From an uncultured Gammaproteobacteria bacterium (GTDB lineage: Bacteria > Pseudomonadota > Gammaproteobacteria > UBA9214), in assembly GCA_963827755.1 (NCBI GenBank), contig CAWHCQ010000004.1, positions 1 through 64,000 of the forward strand: a DNA stretch of 64,000 nucleotides. The letters are read 5' to 3'. The notes under the pieces are model-generated. The model worked only from the letters and a program-made list of their open reading frames with translations. It made no database searches and was not told where the DNA came from. Each line of letters starts with the position of its first letter. Position 1 is the first letter of the stretch. Made by a program: the position numbers and the translations under genes. Below are positions 47,663-57,043 of this stretch, piece by piece.

Positions 47663-50600
47663 ATGTCGCTGATCCGATTCTCCATCAGTAATCCCCTGGT
47701 AACCAACCTGCTGCTCGGGATCGTGGTGATCCTCGGGGTGCTGGCGTGGCGTTCCATGCCGCAGGAGATGTTTCCCACCGTCGAGCTGGATGCGGTCAGC
47801 ATCTCTGTCGTGTTCGAAGGTGCATCACCCGAAGAGGTGGAACGCCAGGTCAGTATCCCGCTGGAAGAGGAATTCGAGGGCATGGCCGACATCGATGTGC
47901 TCACATCGACCAGTAATGAAGGGCTTGCCACGCTGATGATCAAGCTGAAGCCGGGTACCGACGTCGACCAGTACATGCGCGATGCGCAGACCGCGCTTGA
48001 CCAGGTTACGGATTTGCCGGAGGAAGCCGAGGAGCCGCAGCTGCTGCGGGTGAAGGCGCGCTTCCCGGTCATCAGCCTGAGCCTGTACGGTGATGTGGCA
48101 CGCGGTTATCTCTATGACCAGGCCGACTTGATCAAGCAGCGGATGGCGAAGATTGGAGGGGTTGCCAGCGTCGGTATTGCCGGTAACCGGGATTGGGAAA
48201 TCTGGATCGAGGTGAACCCGTTTGAGCTGGCGGCGCACACGGTTTCGCTCGGGCAGGTGCTGGCTGCCGTACGCGGTAACCTGCGTGATTTGCCGGGGGG
48301 CTCCCTGAAGGCGAACGAAGGTGACATCCTGTTGCGTGGCAAGGGTGTTGCGCCCGAGCCGGAACAGATTGCCGGGATTATCGTGCGCAGCAATGACAGG
48401 GGCGGACAGCTGCGTCTTGGCGAAATCGCACAGATCGAGTTGCGCCTGGAAGAGGCGCGTACCCTGGGGCGTTTCAACGGCCGGCCTTCCGTCAACCTCA
48501 CCGTGACCAAGACAGTCGAATCCTCGACCATCGATGTCGCCGATGCGGTGCGCGAGTTTGCGGCGGACCTGAGGAACGAATTACCCGCCACCATCGAGGT
48601 CGGTATCTTCAACGATCTGTCGACCTATGTGAGAACCCGTCTGAATACAGTGAAATCATCCGGACTGGTGGGTCTCTGTCTGGTGCTGTTATCGCTTTAC
48701 CTGTTTCTGAGTTTCCGGGTTGCCCTGATAACCGCCATGGGTATACCGGTGTCCTTCCTGGTGGCGACGGCCGTGATTTTTTACCTTGGCTACACCATCA
48801 ACATGGTATCGCTGTTCGCATTCCTGATTGCGCTGGGCCTGATTGTCGACGATGCCATTATCGTCACCGAGAATATTTACCGTCACATGGAAATGGGCAA
48901 GTCGGCGCAGCAGGCGGCAGAAACGGGTTCCCGCGAGGTAATGTGGCCGGTAGTTGCGAGTACGGCAACCACCATCGCGGCGTTCATGCCTATGTTCGCC
49001 ATCGAGGGCATTATGGGGGCCTTTATTGCCGTGATTCCCGTGGTCGTCAGCGCCGCGCTGGCGGGCTCCCTGTGGGAGGCCTTTGGCGTATTGCCGTCAC
49101 ATTGTGCCGAGTTGCTGCACGTGGCCAGCAAGAAGTCACATGAACACAGCGTTGACTGGAGTCGATTGCTGAATCACTACATCGGCTGGCTGCGCTGGGC
49201 CCTGCATAACCGTTATTTTGTGGCGCTGTTCAGTATCGGTGTGCTACTGGTGACGATCGTGTTTGCCGTGACCCGTATTCCCTTCATGCTGTTCGATGAT
49301 GTCGATGTCGGGCAGTTTTTTATCAATGCCGAGGCGCCCAACACCTACAGCCTGGAAGACACGGCAAGGCTGGCAGAGCAGATGGAAGAGATCGTAATGA
49401 CGTCGCTGGCCGAGGATGAACTCGATACCCTGTTGACCAATGTCGGTGTGAGCTTCATCGATTTCAACCGTTTTCAGCTCGGCAGCCAGTACATCCAGCT
49501 GGTTGTTGACCTGAAGAAGGCGCGTCCGGAAGGCTTTATTGAACGTTTTATCTCGCCCCTGGTGAGCCTGAAGTTCGAGTGGCAGGGCAGCCGCACCCGG
49601 GCCACGGAGGATATTATCAACGAGTTGCGTGCAAAGCTGCAGACCATCGCCGGGGTGCGGCGTATTGCCATCCAGCGGCCGCAGGGTGGTCCTGCCGGCG
49701 CCGACCTCGAGGTCGGCGTCAGCGGTCCGGATATCCAGGTCCTGCGCGAACAGGCCAGTCGCATGGTCGGCTACCTGCAACGCCTGCCCGGTGTGCATGA
49801 CGTACGCCATAATCTCGAGACCGGCAAGCTCGAATACCGGTATTCACTGAATGACCGTGGCAGGGAACTTGGTATTCGCCAGAATGATCTTGCCGATGCC
49901 GTGCGCACCGGCTTTCTCGGCGTTGAGGCCGTGCATGTCACCCTCGGCAACAAGCGCGTGCCGGTGCGGGTGATCTATTCCGATGCAATACGCCATACCA
50001 GTGACCTTGGCCGACTGCCGATAGTGCTCGCCGACGGGCGCCTGGTATATCTCGGTGATGTCGCGGATATCATTCCCGGGCGCGGTATGAGTACCATCAA
50101 CCGCCGTGATACCCGGCGCCTTGGGCTGGTAACGGCGGAAGTGGATGACCAGGTGACCACGCCGCTGGAAGTTGCCGAACTGGTACGCCGTGAGTTTGCG
50201 GGTTTCAATGATGATTTACCCGGCTATGAACTGGTATTCCTCGGCGAAAAGAAAGATGCATCGGAATCTTTCCAGGGTATGCGTGATGCCCTGGTGATCT
50301 CCGGCGCAATCATATTCTTTATCCTGGCGGCCCTGTTCCGCTCCCTGCTGGATCCGCTGGTGGTGATGTTCGCCATTCCTTTCGGCGTCATCGGCGTGGT
50401 GTTCGGGCACATGCTGTTTGGTTACCATCTGCAGTTTCTGTCAGCCATCGGCTTTCTTGCCCTGACCGGTATCGTCGTCAACGATTCACTGATCCTGGTG
50501 GATTTTGCACGGCGCCTGCGCATCGGGGGCATGGACAGAATTGATGCCATGGTTGAGGCCGGACGGGTGCGGGTGCGTCCCATCCTGCTGACCAGTATCA

Positions 50601-50851
50601 CCACCTTCCTGGGAATCTCGCCCCTGATTTTCTTTGCCACCGGCCAGACCGCGTTTCTTTCGCCGATGGCCGTCAGCCTCGGTTTCGGCCTGTTGTTCGC
50701 GACCCTGATCGTGCTCATATCCATTCCCTGCTTTTACCTGATTGCCGATGACCTGCGTGAATATGTACGTGCAAAACTGCGCGCACTAACGGGGTCACAG
50801 CACAATCCTGTCCCAGGTCCAGTAGAGACCGATGATGGCAATGACCAGTGA
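47663..50851 (+). CDS. RND efflux transporter permease
   Basis: GASPEEVE, ALGLIVDDAIIVTENI, TTIAAFMP, GIVVNDSL, RVRPILLTSITT. Confidence 0.95.
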   Translation: MSLIRFSISNPLVTNLLLGIVVILGVLAWRSMPQEMFPTVELDAVSISVVFEGASPEEVERQVSIPLEEEFEGMADIDVLTSTSNEGLATLMIKLKPGTDVDQYMRDAQTALDQVTDLPEEAEEPQLLRVKARFPVISLSLYGDVARGYLYDQADLIKQRMAKIGGVASVGIAGNRDWEIWIEVNPFELAAHTVSLGQVLAAVRGNLRDLPGGSLKANEGDILLRGKGVAPEPEQIAGIIVRSNDRGGQLRLGEIAQIELRLEEARTLGRFNGRPSVNLTVTKTVESSTIDVADAVREFAADLRNELPATIEVGIFNDLSTYVRTRLNTVKSSGLVGLCLVLLSLYLFLSFRVALITAMGIPVSFLVATAVIFYLGYTINMVSLFAFLIALGLIVDDAIIVTENIYRHMEMGKSAQQAAETGSREVMWPVVASTATTIAAFMPMFAIEGIMGAFIAVIPVVVSAALAGSLWEAFGVLPSHCAELLHVASKKSHEHSVDWSRLLNHYIGWLRWALHNRYFVALFSIGVLLVTIVFAVTRIPFMLFDDVDVGQFFINAEAPNTYSLEDTARLAEQMEEIVMTSLAEDELDTLLTNVGVSFIDFNRFQLGSQYIQLVVDLKKARPEGFIERFISPLVSLKFEWQGSRTRATEDIINELRAKLQTIAGVRRIAIQRPQGGPAGADLEVGVSGPDIQVLREQASRMVGYLQRLPGVHDVRHNLETGKLEYRYSLNDRGRELGIRQNDLADAVRTGFLGVEAVHVTLGNKRVPVRVIYSDAIRHTSDLGRLPIVLADGRLVYLGDVADIIPGRGMSTINRRDTRRLGLVTAEVDDQVTTPLEVAELVRREFAGFNDDLPGYELVFLGEKKDASESFQGMRDALVISGAIIFFILAALFRSLLDPLVVMFAIPFGVIGVVFGHMLFGYHLQFLSAIGFLALTGIVVNDSLILVDFARRLRIGGMDRIDAMVEAGRVRVRPILLTSITTFLGISPLIFFATGQTAFLSPMAVSLGFGLLFATLIVLISIPCFYLIADDLREYVRAKLRALTGSQHNPVPGPVETDDGNDQ

Positions 50852-51982
50852 TCCGCCCCGTACAATGACCGGGCGATACCAGGGTTTTTTCGAGAACCAC
50901 AGGCCGACTGCGAGGAATCCCAGGGAGATAACGGCCAGTTGACCCAGTTCGACGCCGATATTGAAGCTGATCAATGCGGTAAGAAACGCATTATCGGGCA
51001 TGCCGAAATCATTCAGTACCTGCGCAAACCCCATGCCATGCAACAGGCCGAAACAAAAAACGATGAGCAGGCGGCTCTTGTGCAGCGAGCGGGCAAATAT
51101 ATTTTCAATACCGATGTAGGCGATCGAGAGTGCAATCAGCGGCTCGACGATGCGTGACGGCAGGCTGATGACATCGGCCATCGAGAGTCCGAGGGTGATG
51201 GAGTGGGCGAGGGTGAACATGGTGACCTGCCACAAGAGCGGGCGCATCCTGACGCTCAGCAGGAAGATGCCGAGGATAAACATGATGTGATCAAGTCCCT
51301 TCGGCAGGATGTGTTCAAAACCTGCAACGATGTAGGTAATGATGACGGCAGGGAGCGGTCGTGCGGTGAACACCTCGGTGAGTGAAAAGGGCTCGCTCGG
51401 CTGGTCCTTGCGCAGCCACTGCCAGTCTGACCAGTGCCACTTGCCGTTGGCCTCGTCGATCTGGCGGACACGGACGGCGTTATCACCAAAGCGGGCCGGG
51501 TAGTACCAGCCGACCGTTTCGACTTTGCGTGCGATATCTCCTTCCAGGTAGATGACACTGATCCTGGGGACCTTGGTGTAGCCCGGTTCCGGAATCTCGA
51601 CACGGCTTAAGTTCAAATCGGCCTGTTGATTGTCAAACAGCAGTTTTACTTCAGCGATGAAACGGCTGTGAAAGGGTTTGAAGGCCAGCTCCAGTGCCTC
51701 GGCCGGCAATACCCGCAGTTCATCATAGGCCGCGGCATTCGGGGCATCCTGTGTGTTTTTGTAGCGGGCGTTAATGCCTGTCAGCAGGGCCTCGATGCTG
51801 GCGCGCACCTCGACCCGGTAGGTGCCATTGGTATTCACGCTGATCTCGACCAGGGCGGGTTTTACGATGTCTGCCGGCACCGGCCCGGCCGGGACAAACA
51901 GCATGAGCAGCCAGATCATCCGTAGCCATGCCGGGCAGGGCCGGGTGGCGCAGGCGGGGAGACGCGGTGCCTGAAGTCCCAT
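50795..51982 (-). CDS. HupE/UreJ family membrane protein
   Basis: GFEHI..GLDH..F, TMFTLAHSITL, VEPLIALSI, FGLLHGMGFA, FNIGVELGQ. Confidence 0.88.
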   Translation of the reverse strand: MGLQAPRLPACATRPCPAWLRMIWLLMLFVPAGPVPADIVKPALVEISVNTNGTYRVEVRASIEALLTGINARYKNTQDAPNAAAYDELRVLPAEALELAFKPFHSRFIAEVKLLFDNQQADLNLSRVEIPEPGYTKVPRISVIYLEGDIARKVETVGWYYPARFGDNAVRVRQIDEANGKWHWSDWQWLRKDQPSEPFSLTEVFTARPLPAVIITYIVAGFEHILPKGLDHIMFILGIFLLSVRMRPLLWQVTMFTLAHSITLGLSMADVISLPSRIVEPLIALSIAYIGIENIFARSLHKSRLLIVFCFGLLHGMGFAQVLNDFGMPDNAFLTALISFNIGVELGQLAVISLGFLAVGLWFSKKPWYRPVIVRGGSLVIAIIGLYWTWDRIVL

Positions 51983-52237
51983 GTCAGTTACCGGGAGGTC
52001 GCGAACCAGGCGGGATAGTGGTTGGTTTTCATTAGTATTTCACCATATATGAAACATAGGCCATTATTTACTGCCTGTAATTCACGGCATTGGTGTTTTA
52101 TTATAATTGTGCAAACCATAGTCGCATGCTGCCCTGCAGATTGTCGCAGCCTGGCCTGGCCGCCCGAGGGCCATCGGTTGTGTAACATGCTATGGTAATG
52201 CCAACACCTTTATAAACATAACTGACACAGGTGACCT

Positions 52238-54181
52238 ATGCCTCCGTTTGACCGAAGAGAGTTCCTCAAGATCCTTGGTATTGGCGCGGCTGCAACAACA
52301 ATTCCCGGACTGACCGCGTGCAGCAAATCCGAAGACGCCGCCACTGAAGCGATGCCTGCTTCGCAGGCCGGCAACCCGCTGGAAAGTTTCTATGACCTGC
52401 CAATGCAGGGCAATGCCCGGATCCTGCATATTACCGATGTGCACGGCCAGTTGAACCCGGTGTATTTCCGCGAGCCCAATGTCAACCTGGGCGTGGGCGA
52501 TGCCTACGGCCGCCCGCCTCATATCGTCGGCAAGGGTTTTCTGGATTACATGGGATTGAGTGCGGATTCACCCGAGGCCTATGCCTACACCTATCTGGAT
52601 TTCGAGAAAGCGGCCCGCCGCTACGGCAAAACAGGTGGGTATGCCTACATGAAAACCCTGTTGAATCGTCTGCGCGAGCAGGCCGGTGGCAAGGGCAATA
52701 CCCTGACGCTGGATGGAGGTGACCTGTGGCAGGGGTCGGGCACCTCGCTGTGGACCCGCGGCGTCGACATGGTGGAGGCCTCGAACCTGCTTGGCCTTGA
52801 TGTCATGGTCGGTCACTGGGAGTTTACCTACCGGGAGGATGAAGTCCTCAGTAACGTTGCCCTGTTCAAGGGTGATTTCATCGGGCAGAACGTCAGGATC
52901 AAGGAAGATGCCCTGTTTGGTGATGAATATACGGCCATGACCGAGAAGTACGATGGCAGAGGCCTGTATGACGAGGATACCGGGCATGCCTTTCAGCCCT
53001 ATGTCATAAAAAATGTGGGTGGTGCACGCATTTGTGTGGTCGGCCAGGCATTCCCCCGGACCGGCAACGCCAATCCGCAGGAATTTTTCCCGGACTGGTC
53101 TTTCGGGCTGCGTGAAGACGACATGATCGAACTTGTCACGAATATTCGTGCCGATGAGCAGCCGGATGCAATCGTGCTGTTGTCACATAACGGTATGGAT
53201 GTTGATATCAAGATGGCCGAGCGTGTGCCTGGTCTGAACGCCGTATTTGGAGGGCATACACATGACGGTATTCCCAGGCCCGTAAAGGTTAAAAACGTCG
53301 AGGGGCATACCTGCCTGGTTACCAATGCCGGTTCCAACTGCAAGTATATCGGCGTGATGGATTTTGATATCCAGGACGGGACGATAAAGGGAATGCATTA
53401 CAAGATGCTGCCGGTGATTGCCGAAATGCTGGCACCCGACAGTGAAATGCAGGCCTATATAGACCAGATGCGGCAAACGGTCTACGACGAGAACATTATC
53501 GAGAGCCGTGCCAGCAAGTTTTTCTTTAATCCATCGCGCGTCGGCAAGACCTTTGATGCCATCCTCAGCGAGAAGCTGGCGATTGCCGATCGCGTGCTCT
53601 ATCGCCGGGGTAACTTCATGGGGACCTGGGACCAGGTTTTGTGTAATGCCCTGCGCCATGAATACGGTGCGGATGTTGCCCTGTCGGCGGGTGTTCGCTG
53701 GGGTACGAGCACGCTGAAAGGGGAGTGGATCACCATGGAGGATGTCATGACCCAGTGTGCGATGACCTACGGTGAGACCTATGTATCCGAGATGAAGGGC
53801 CGTGACCTGATGAATATTCTCGAAGGCGTCGCGGACAACCTGTTTGACCCTGATCCCTATTTGCAGTCCGGTGGTGACATGGTGCGTGTCGGCGGTCTTG
53901 ACTACACGATTGACCCGTCAAAGCCCCTGTATGAACGCATCACCGATGCCCGACTCGATAACGGCCACATGATTGACCCGGAGGAAACCTACAAGGTTGC
54001 CGGCTGGGCTTCGGTGGGCAGGACACCGGAAGGGCGGCTGATGTGGGACGTGGTGCGTGATTATATTCTCGCAACCCGGGGCAAAGACAATGTCCTGGTA
54101 TTGCCCAAGATCAATCATCCGAAGCTGGTGGGGGTTGCCGCCAACCCGGGTATTGCAGACTACCCCGGCGAAATAGCCTGA
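52238..54181 (+). CDS. soxB: Thiosulfohydrolase SoxB
   Basis: Tat motif DRREFLK; LHITDVH.QL.PVYFREP.VNLG, DGGDLWQG, GHWEFTY, SHNGMDVD, GGHTHDG, LYRRGNF.G.WD, DPY.Q.GGDMVR. Confidence 0.95.
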   Translation: MPPFDRREFLKILGIGAAATTIPGLTACSKSEDAATEAMPASQAGNPLESFYDLPMQGNARILHITDVHGQLNPVYFREPNVNLGVGDAYGRPPHIVGKGFLDYMGLSADSPEAYAYTYLDFEKAARRYGKTGGYAYMKTLLNRLREQAGGKGNTLTLDGGDLWQGSGTSLWTRGVDMVEASNLLGLDVMVGHWEFTYREDEVLSNVALFKGDFIGQNVRIKEDALFGDEYTAMTEKYDGRGLYDEDTGHAFQPYVIKNVGGARICVVGQAFPRTGNANPQEFFPDWSFGLREDDMIELVTNIRADEQPDAIVLLSHNGMDVDIKMAERVPGLNAVFGGHTHDGIPRPVKVKNVEGHTCLVTNAGSNCKYIGVMDFDIQDGTIKGMHYKMLPVIAEMLAPDSEMQAYIDQMRQTVYDENIIESRASKFFFNPSRVGKTFDAILSEKLAIADRVLYRRGNFMGTWDQVLCNALRHEYGADVALSAGVRWGTSTLKGEWITMEDVMTQCAMTYGETYVSEMKGRDLMNILEGVADNLFDPDPYLQSGGDMVRVGGLDYTIDPSKPLYERITDARLDNGHMIDPEETYKVAGWASVGRTPEGRLMWDVVRDYILATRGKDNVLVLPKINHPKLVGVAANPGIADYPGEIA

Positions 54182-54204
54182 TCGTTTTGTATTGCAGGCA
54201 TTTC

Positions 54205-54330
54205 TGTAGGAGCGGATCTCATCCGCGATTGAGGGTCCATGGTGTGCGATCGCGGATGAGATCCGCTCCTACAATGAATGAATGAAAGGGGGGCATGGTG
54301 TTGTGATCGCGGATGAGATCCGCTCCTGCA
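54205..54330. repeat. GTAG-type REP cluster (BIME-like, three 25-bp units)
   Basis: TGTAGGAGCGGATCTCATCCGCGAT (54205-54229) and reverse-complement copies at 54249-54273 and 54306-54330. Confidence 0.88.
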
Positions 54331-54340
54331 AATGACAGGC

Positions 54341-54376
54341 ATAAAAAAAGCCCGGTATAAACCGGGCTTTTTTTAT
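54341..54376. terminator. Bidirectional intrinsic terminator between soxB and soxA
   Basis: A7-GCCCGGT-ATAA-ACCGGGC-T7. Confidence 0.9.
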
Positions 54377-54392
54377 GTGTTACAGATCCCCG

Positions 54393-55229
54393 TTACTTGC
54401 GTGCACCGGGGCCGTTCATTTCCAGTCCGTTACTCATGTAGGTATGGAAGTACTCCAGTGCCGTGTATTCAGGACCCTGCGGTTTGTAGGCCTTGGCACG
54501 TACCTGCTTGTTGCAACCGCCGTAGCGGCGATGCAGGGTACCCAGGCCGCCCCACTTGGAACGGTACACGGGAAAGTGCGTCACTTGACCAAGTCCCGGG
54601 CTCAGCAGGTCAGCGCGAATCTTGTTACCGGAGTTATAGACATGGCAGTCAGCACAGGCCATGTTCAACTGACCGCGTTTGGCATAGAAATGCGCCTTGC
54701 CTTGATTGTAAATCTCCAGTGCACGTGGATCATCCGGGATTTCTACATTGATGGTCTTGCCCCGGGATGTGTAGTGCATGTATGCAGAGATGTCGGCAAT
54801 TGCACCCTTCTGATACTTGAGGGGCTTTTCGCCATTCGCCTCCCGGCAGGCATTGATGGCGGCTTCCAGGGTGATTACCTTGCCTGAAGCCTTGTCAAAG
54901 AAAGGATAGCGGTGTGCAATGCCATCACCACCGTTTTCAAAGCAACTGGCATAGGTTTTGCCGTTGGCAAACGGCTTGTTGAATAATGTCTTGCCTTTTT
55001 CTATGTTCAGCTCATAGGGCGGAAACTCCTCGATATCCTCCCATTGCTCACGGGAAGCTGCGTCAATGGAATACACCCCATTGACGAAGTCATTGAAGGG
55101 CGTGCCCGGGAAGCGTTTTTGAAAGTAGGATCTGAATTTTTCCAGATCCTCTTGCGGTGTCGCCTGTGCCGTCGCTGCAAAGGTGCCAAACAGACCAATT
55201 ACCAGGAATGCTGTCAGGAGTTTTTTCAT
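54393..55229 (-). CDS. soxA: Sulfur oxidation c-type cytochrome SoxA (monoheme)
   Basis: FPPYE..IE.G, YASCF (degenerate first heme site), RGQLNMACADCH, FPVYRSKWG..TLHRRYGGC, ALEYFHTYMSNG. Confidence 0.95.
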   Translation of the reverse strand: MKKLLTAFLVIGLFGTFAATAQATPQEDLEKFRSYFQKRFPGTPFNDFVNGVYSIDAASREQWEDIEEFPPYELNIEKGKTLFNKPFANGKTYASCFENGGDGIAHRYPFFDKASGKVITLEAAINACREANGEKPLKYQKGAIADISAYMHYTSRGKTINVEIPDDPRALEIYNQGKAHFYAKRGQLNMACADCHVYNSGNKIRADLLSPGLGQVTHFPVYRSKWGGLGTLHRRYGGCNKQVRAKAYKPQGPEYTALEYFHTYMSNGLEMNGPGARK

Positions 55230-55269
55230 CGAGTGTTTCCCCTACTGTGTTGTTGTCCAGAAGTTCTGG

Positions 55270-55581
55270 TTAGCTAATGGTGGTTTCGCGGGAATCCTTT
55301 CCACCCTTGTTATCTACCCAGCTGAGTTTCACGGTATCACCGGCTGCGCCACCGGAAAACCGGAATGACAGGTAGGGATTTTTGGAGATCGCAGGACCCC
55401 AGTTTGCGGTCATGACCGCATTGCCCTTGTGTTCACAGATAACTTCCTGGATGAAGTGGGCAGGAATCTTCTCACCCGTTTTTTTGTCCTTGCGGGTGCC
55501 GGTCTCCATCGAGTGACTGATCAGCGCCTTGATCGTCGTTACGCCATCATCAACTTTTGCGCGCATTTTAATGCTTGCCAT
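55270..55581 (-). CDS. soxZ: Sulfur carrier complex protein SoxZ
   Basis: LISHSMETG.RKD..G..IPAHFI, SKNPYL.F, SWVDNKG. Confidence 0.96.
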   Translation of the reverse strand: MASIKMRAKVDDGVTTIKALISHSMETGTRKDKKTGEKIPAHFIQEVICEHKGNAVMTANWGPAISKNPYLSFRFSGGAAGDTVKLSWVDNKGGKDSRETTIS

Positions 55582-55635
55582 GTCAAATCCTCTTTGTACG
55601 CTGTATTTAGAATAAAGTTTGCAGCAGTGTCGGGC

Positions 55636-56109
55636 TTATCCGCCACAACCGCCGATTGTTACCTTGACTTCCTTGCCGGTGCTGTAGAGTTTCCCGTTGG
55701 CCTTTACAACAGCAATCACGCTGGAGGTCTTGCCCATCTTGATTCGGGTAGAGACATACCCCTCGGTGCCTTTGCCCAGAACGAAGCTGGCGGTCAGCGG
55801 GGTTGCGTTTTTCTCTGCAAGTATGCTGATGGATTCGGCGCCGCTGATGTCGGTCGTCACCGAAACCGGTACGACGGCTCCATTTTCAGCAATATCCGGC
55901 GCCTTGATCTTGATCTTGTCACTGCCATCCAGTTTGGAGCTGCCAAACAGGCCGCTGAGTGCTGAATTCACATCCTTGGCGTCAAATGCATCCTTGGACC
56001 AGGCGGCCAGCGAGGCGCGCGGGGTGAGCAGGCCGGCACTGGCAGCCATACCGATAGCACCGGTAGCCAGTGAGCCCTTCAGAAATATTCTGCGTTTCAT
56101 GCTTGTCAC
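55636..56109 (-). CDS. soxY: Sulfur carrier protein SoxY
   Basis: Tat signal KRRIFLK; PDIAENGAVVPV, STRIKM, C-terminal VKVTIGGCGG. Confidence 0.97.
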   Translation of the reverse strand: MTSMKRRIFLKGSLATGAIGMAASAGLLTPRASLAAWSKDAFDAKDVNSALSGLFGSSKLDGSDKIKIKAPDIAENGAVVPVSVTTDISGAESISILAEKNATPLTASFVLGKGTEGYVSTRIKMGKTSSVIAVVKANGKLYSTGKEVKVTIGGCGG

Positions 56110-56153
56110 GAGTGTTTCTCCTGAATAATGTGATGGTTAGTCACGTCTGTAAA

Positions 56154-56528
56154 TCAAAGGGTGTATACGTAATCAACAATCTGGTCAACTTCGCTTTCGC
56201 TCAGGACCCCCATTCTTCCAAACGGTATCATGATGGTGTTTGGATTATTGATGGTGGCATCCCAGATTTGAGCCCTGAGCTTGGCCTTGTCAGGGAAGCG
56301 CAGTTTCATGCTGATCAGGGGTGGGCCAATGTTTCCCGGCAGGTCACCGTTATCCATGGCATGACAGGCGAGGCAGTTTCCCTTTTTACGATCAAATGAC
56401 AGCGCCTTGCCTTTTGCGATGGCGGAATCTGCGGCCATGGCAGAAGGAACTGCGGTCAACATTAATGCCCCGGCCAAGACAGCAAGTGAACATGCTGAAA
56501 TGAAAATATTCCTAGCGGTTTGCAGCAT
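56154..56528 (-). CDS. soxX: Sulfur oxidation c-type cytochrome SoxX
   Basis: KKGNCLACH, PGNIGPPL, QIWD....P.TIM.PFG. Confidence 0.95.
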   Translation of the reverse strand: MLQTARNIFISACSLAVLAGALMLTAVPSAMAADSAIAKGKALSFDRKKGNCLACHAMDNGDLPGNIGPPLISMKLRFPDKAKLRAQIWDATINNPNTIMIPFGRMGVLSESEVDQIVDYVYTL

Positions 56529-56574
56529 TGTTTCTTTCTCCTGTTGGTCTGCGTGTTGAGTGGTTACCGGCATG

Positions 56575-56916
56575 TTACAGGCTGCGCGGGTTGGCTGTTT
56601 CGTAGTAATATTGTTTTACTGCGCTTTCGGCCTCGAATTTTGCCTTGTTAGCGAGTTTGACGGCAGTGTCGTTGTCGCCCTTGGCGGCGGCTGCCTGTGC
56701 CTCTTTCAGAAATTTTTCGGTGTCGCGCCATATCCAGTTGTTGGCCTTCGCGGCCTTGACGGCACTCTCGGCGCTGGCAATGGCCGCAGTTGCTGCGGGA
56801 CTGGCCATGGAGCCACTGCTGGCCACTGGTTTCATGGCCTGATCAGCACAGCCGTTGATCAGCCACATTGAGAGGATTGCAGCTATCAGTAACTTGACGT
56901 GAGAACGTATCTTCAT
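56575..56916 (-). CDS. soxK: SoxXA-binding protein SoxK-like lipoprotein
   Basis: Lipobox INGC; Ala-rich helices with WRDT..FL..A, GD...A..LA..A; adjacent to soxX. Confidence 0.8.
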   Translation of the reverse strand: MKIRSHVKLLIAAILSMWLINGCADQAMKPVASSGSMASPAATAAIASAESAVKAAKANNWIWRDTEKFLKEAQAAAAKGDNDTAVKLANKAKFEAESAVKQYYYETANPRSL

Positions 56917-57043
56917 ATTAGGTCTGACTCCGAAGTAATTAAAAAGTGCAAAAAATGACTGCCTGATTACCTGTTGGGAAGGTTAAGCTATCACCCGGAT
57001 TCTGGAAGCGCAAGTAGGGAAATTACTGCATTAGTATATGCAT

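Noticed and set aside
50795-50851. 57-bp 3-prime overlap between the RND permease and HupE/UreJ genes
   Set aside because: It involves only a low-complexity C-terminal tail, which is common for convergent genes.
51988-52188. 66-aa minus-strand ORF between the hupE-like gene and soxB
   Set aside because: It lies in an AT-rich divergent promoter region with no RBS or motif support.
54205-54330. Three 25-bp repeats as a possible mini CRISPR array
   Set aside because: The first unit is inverted, spacers are unequal and partly similar, no cas genes are present, and the GTAG end fits REP elements.
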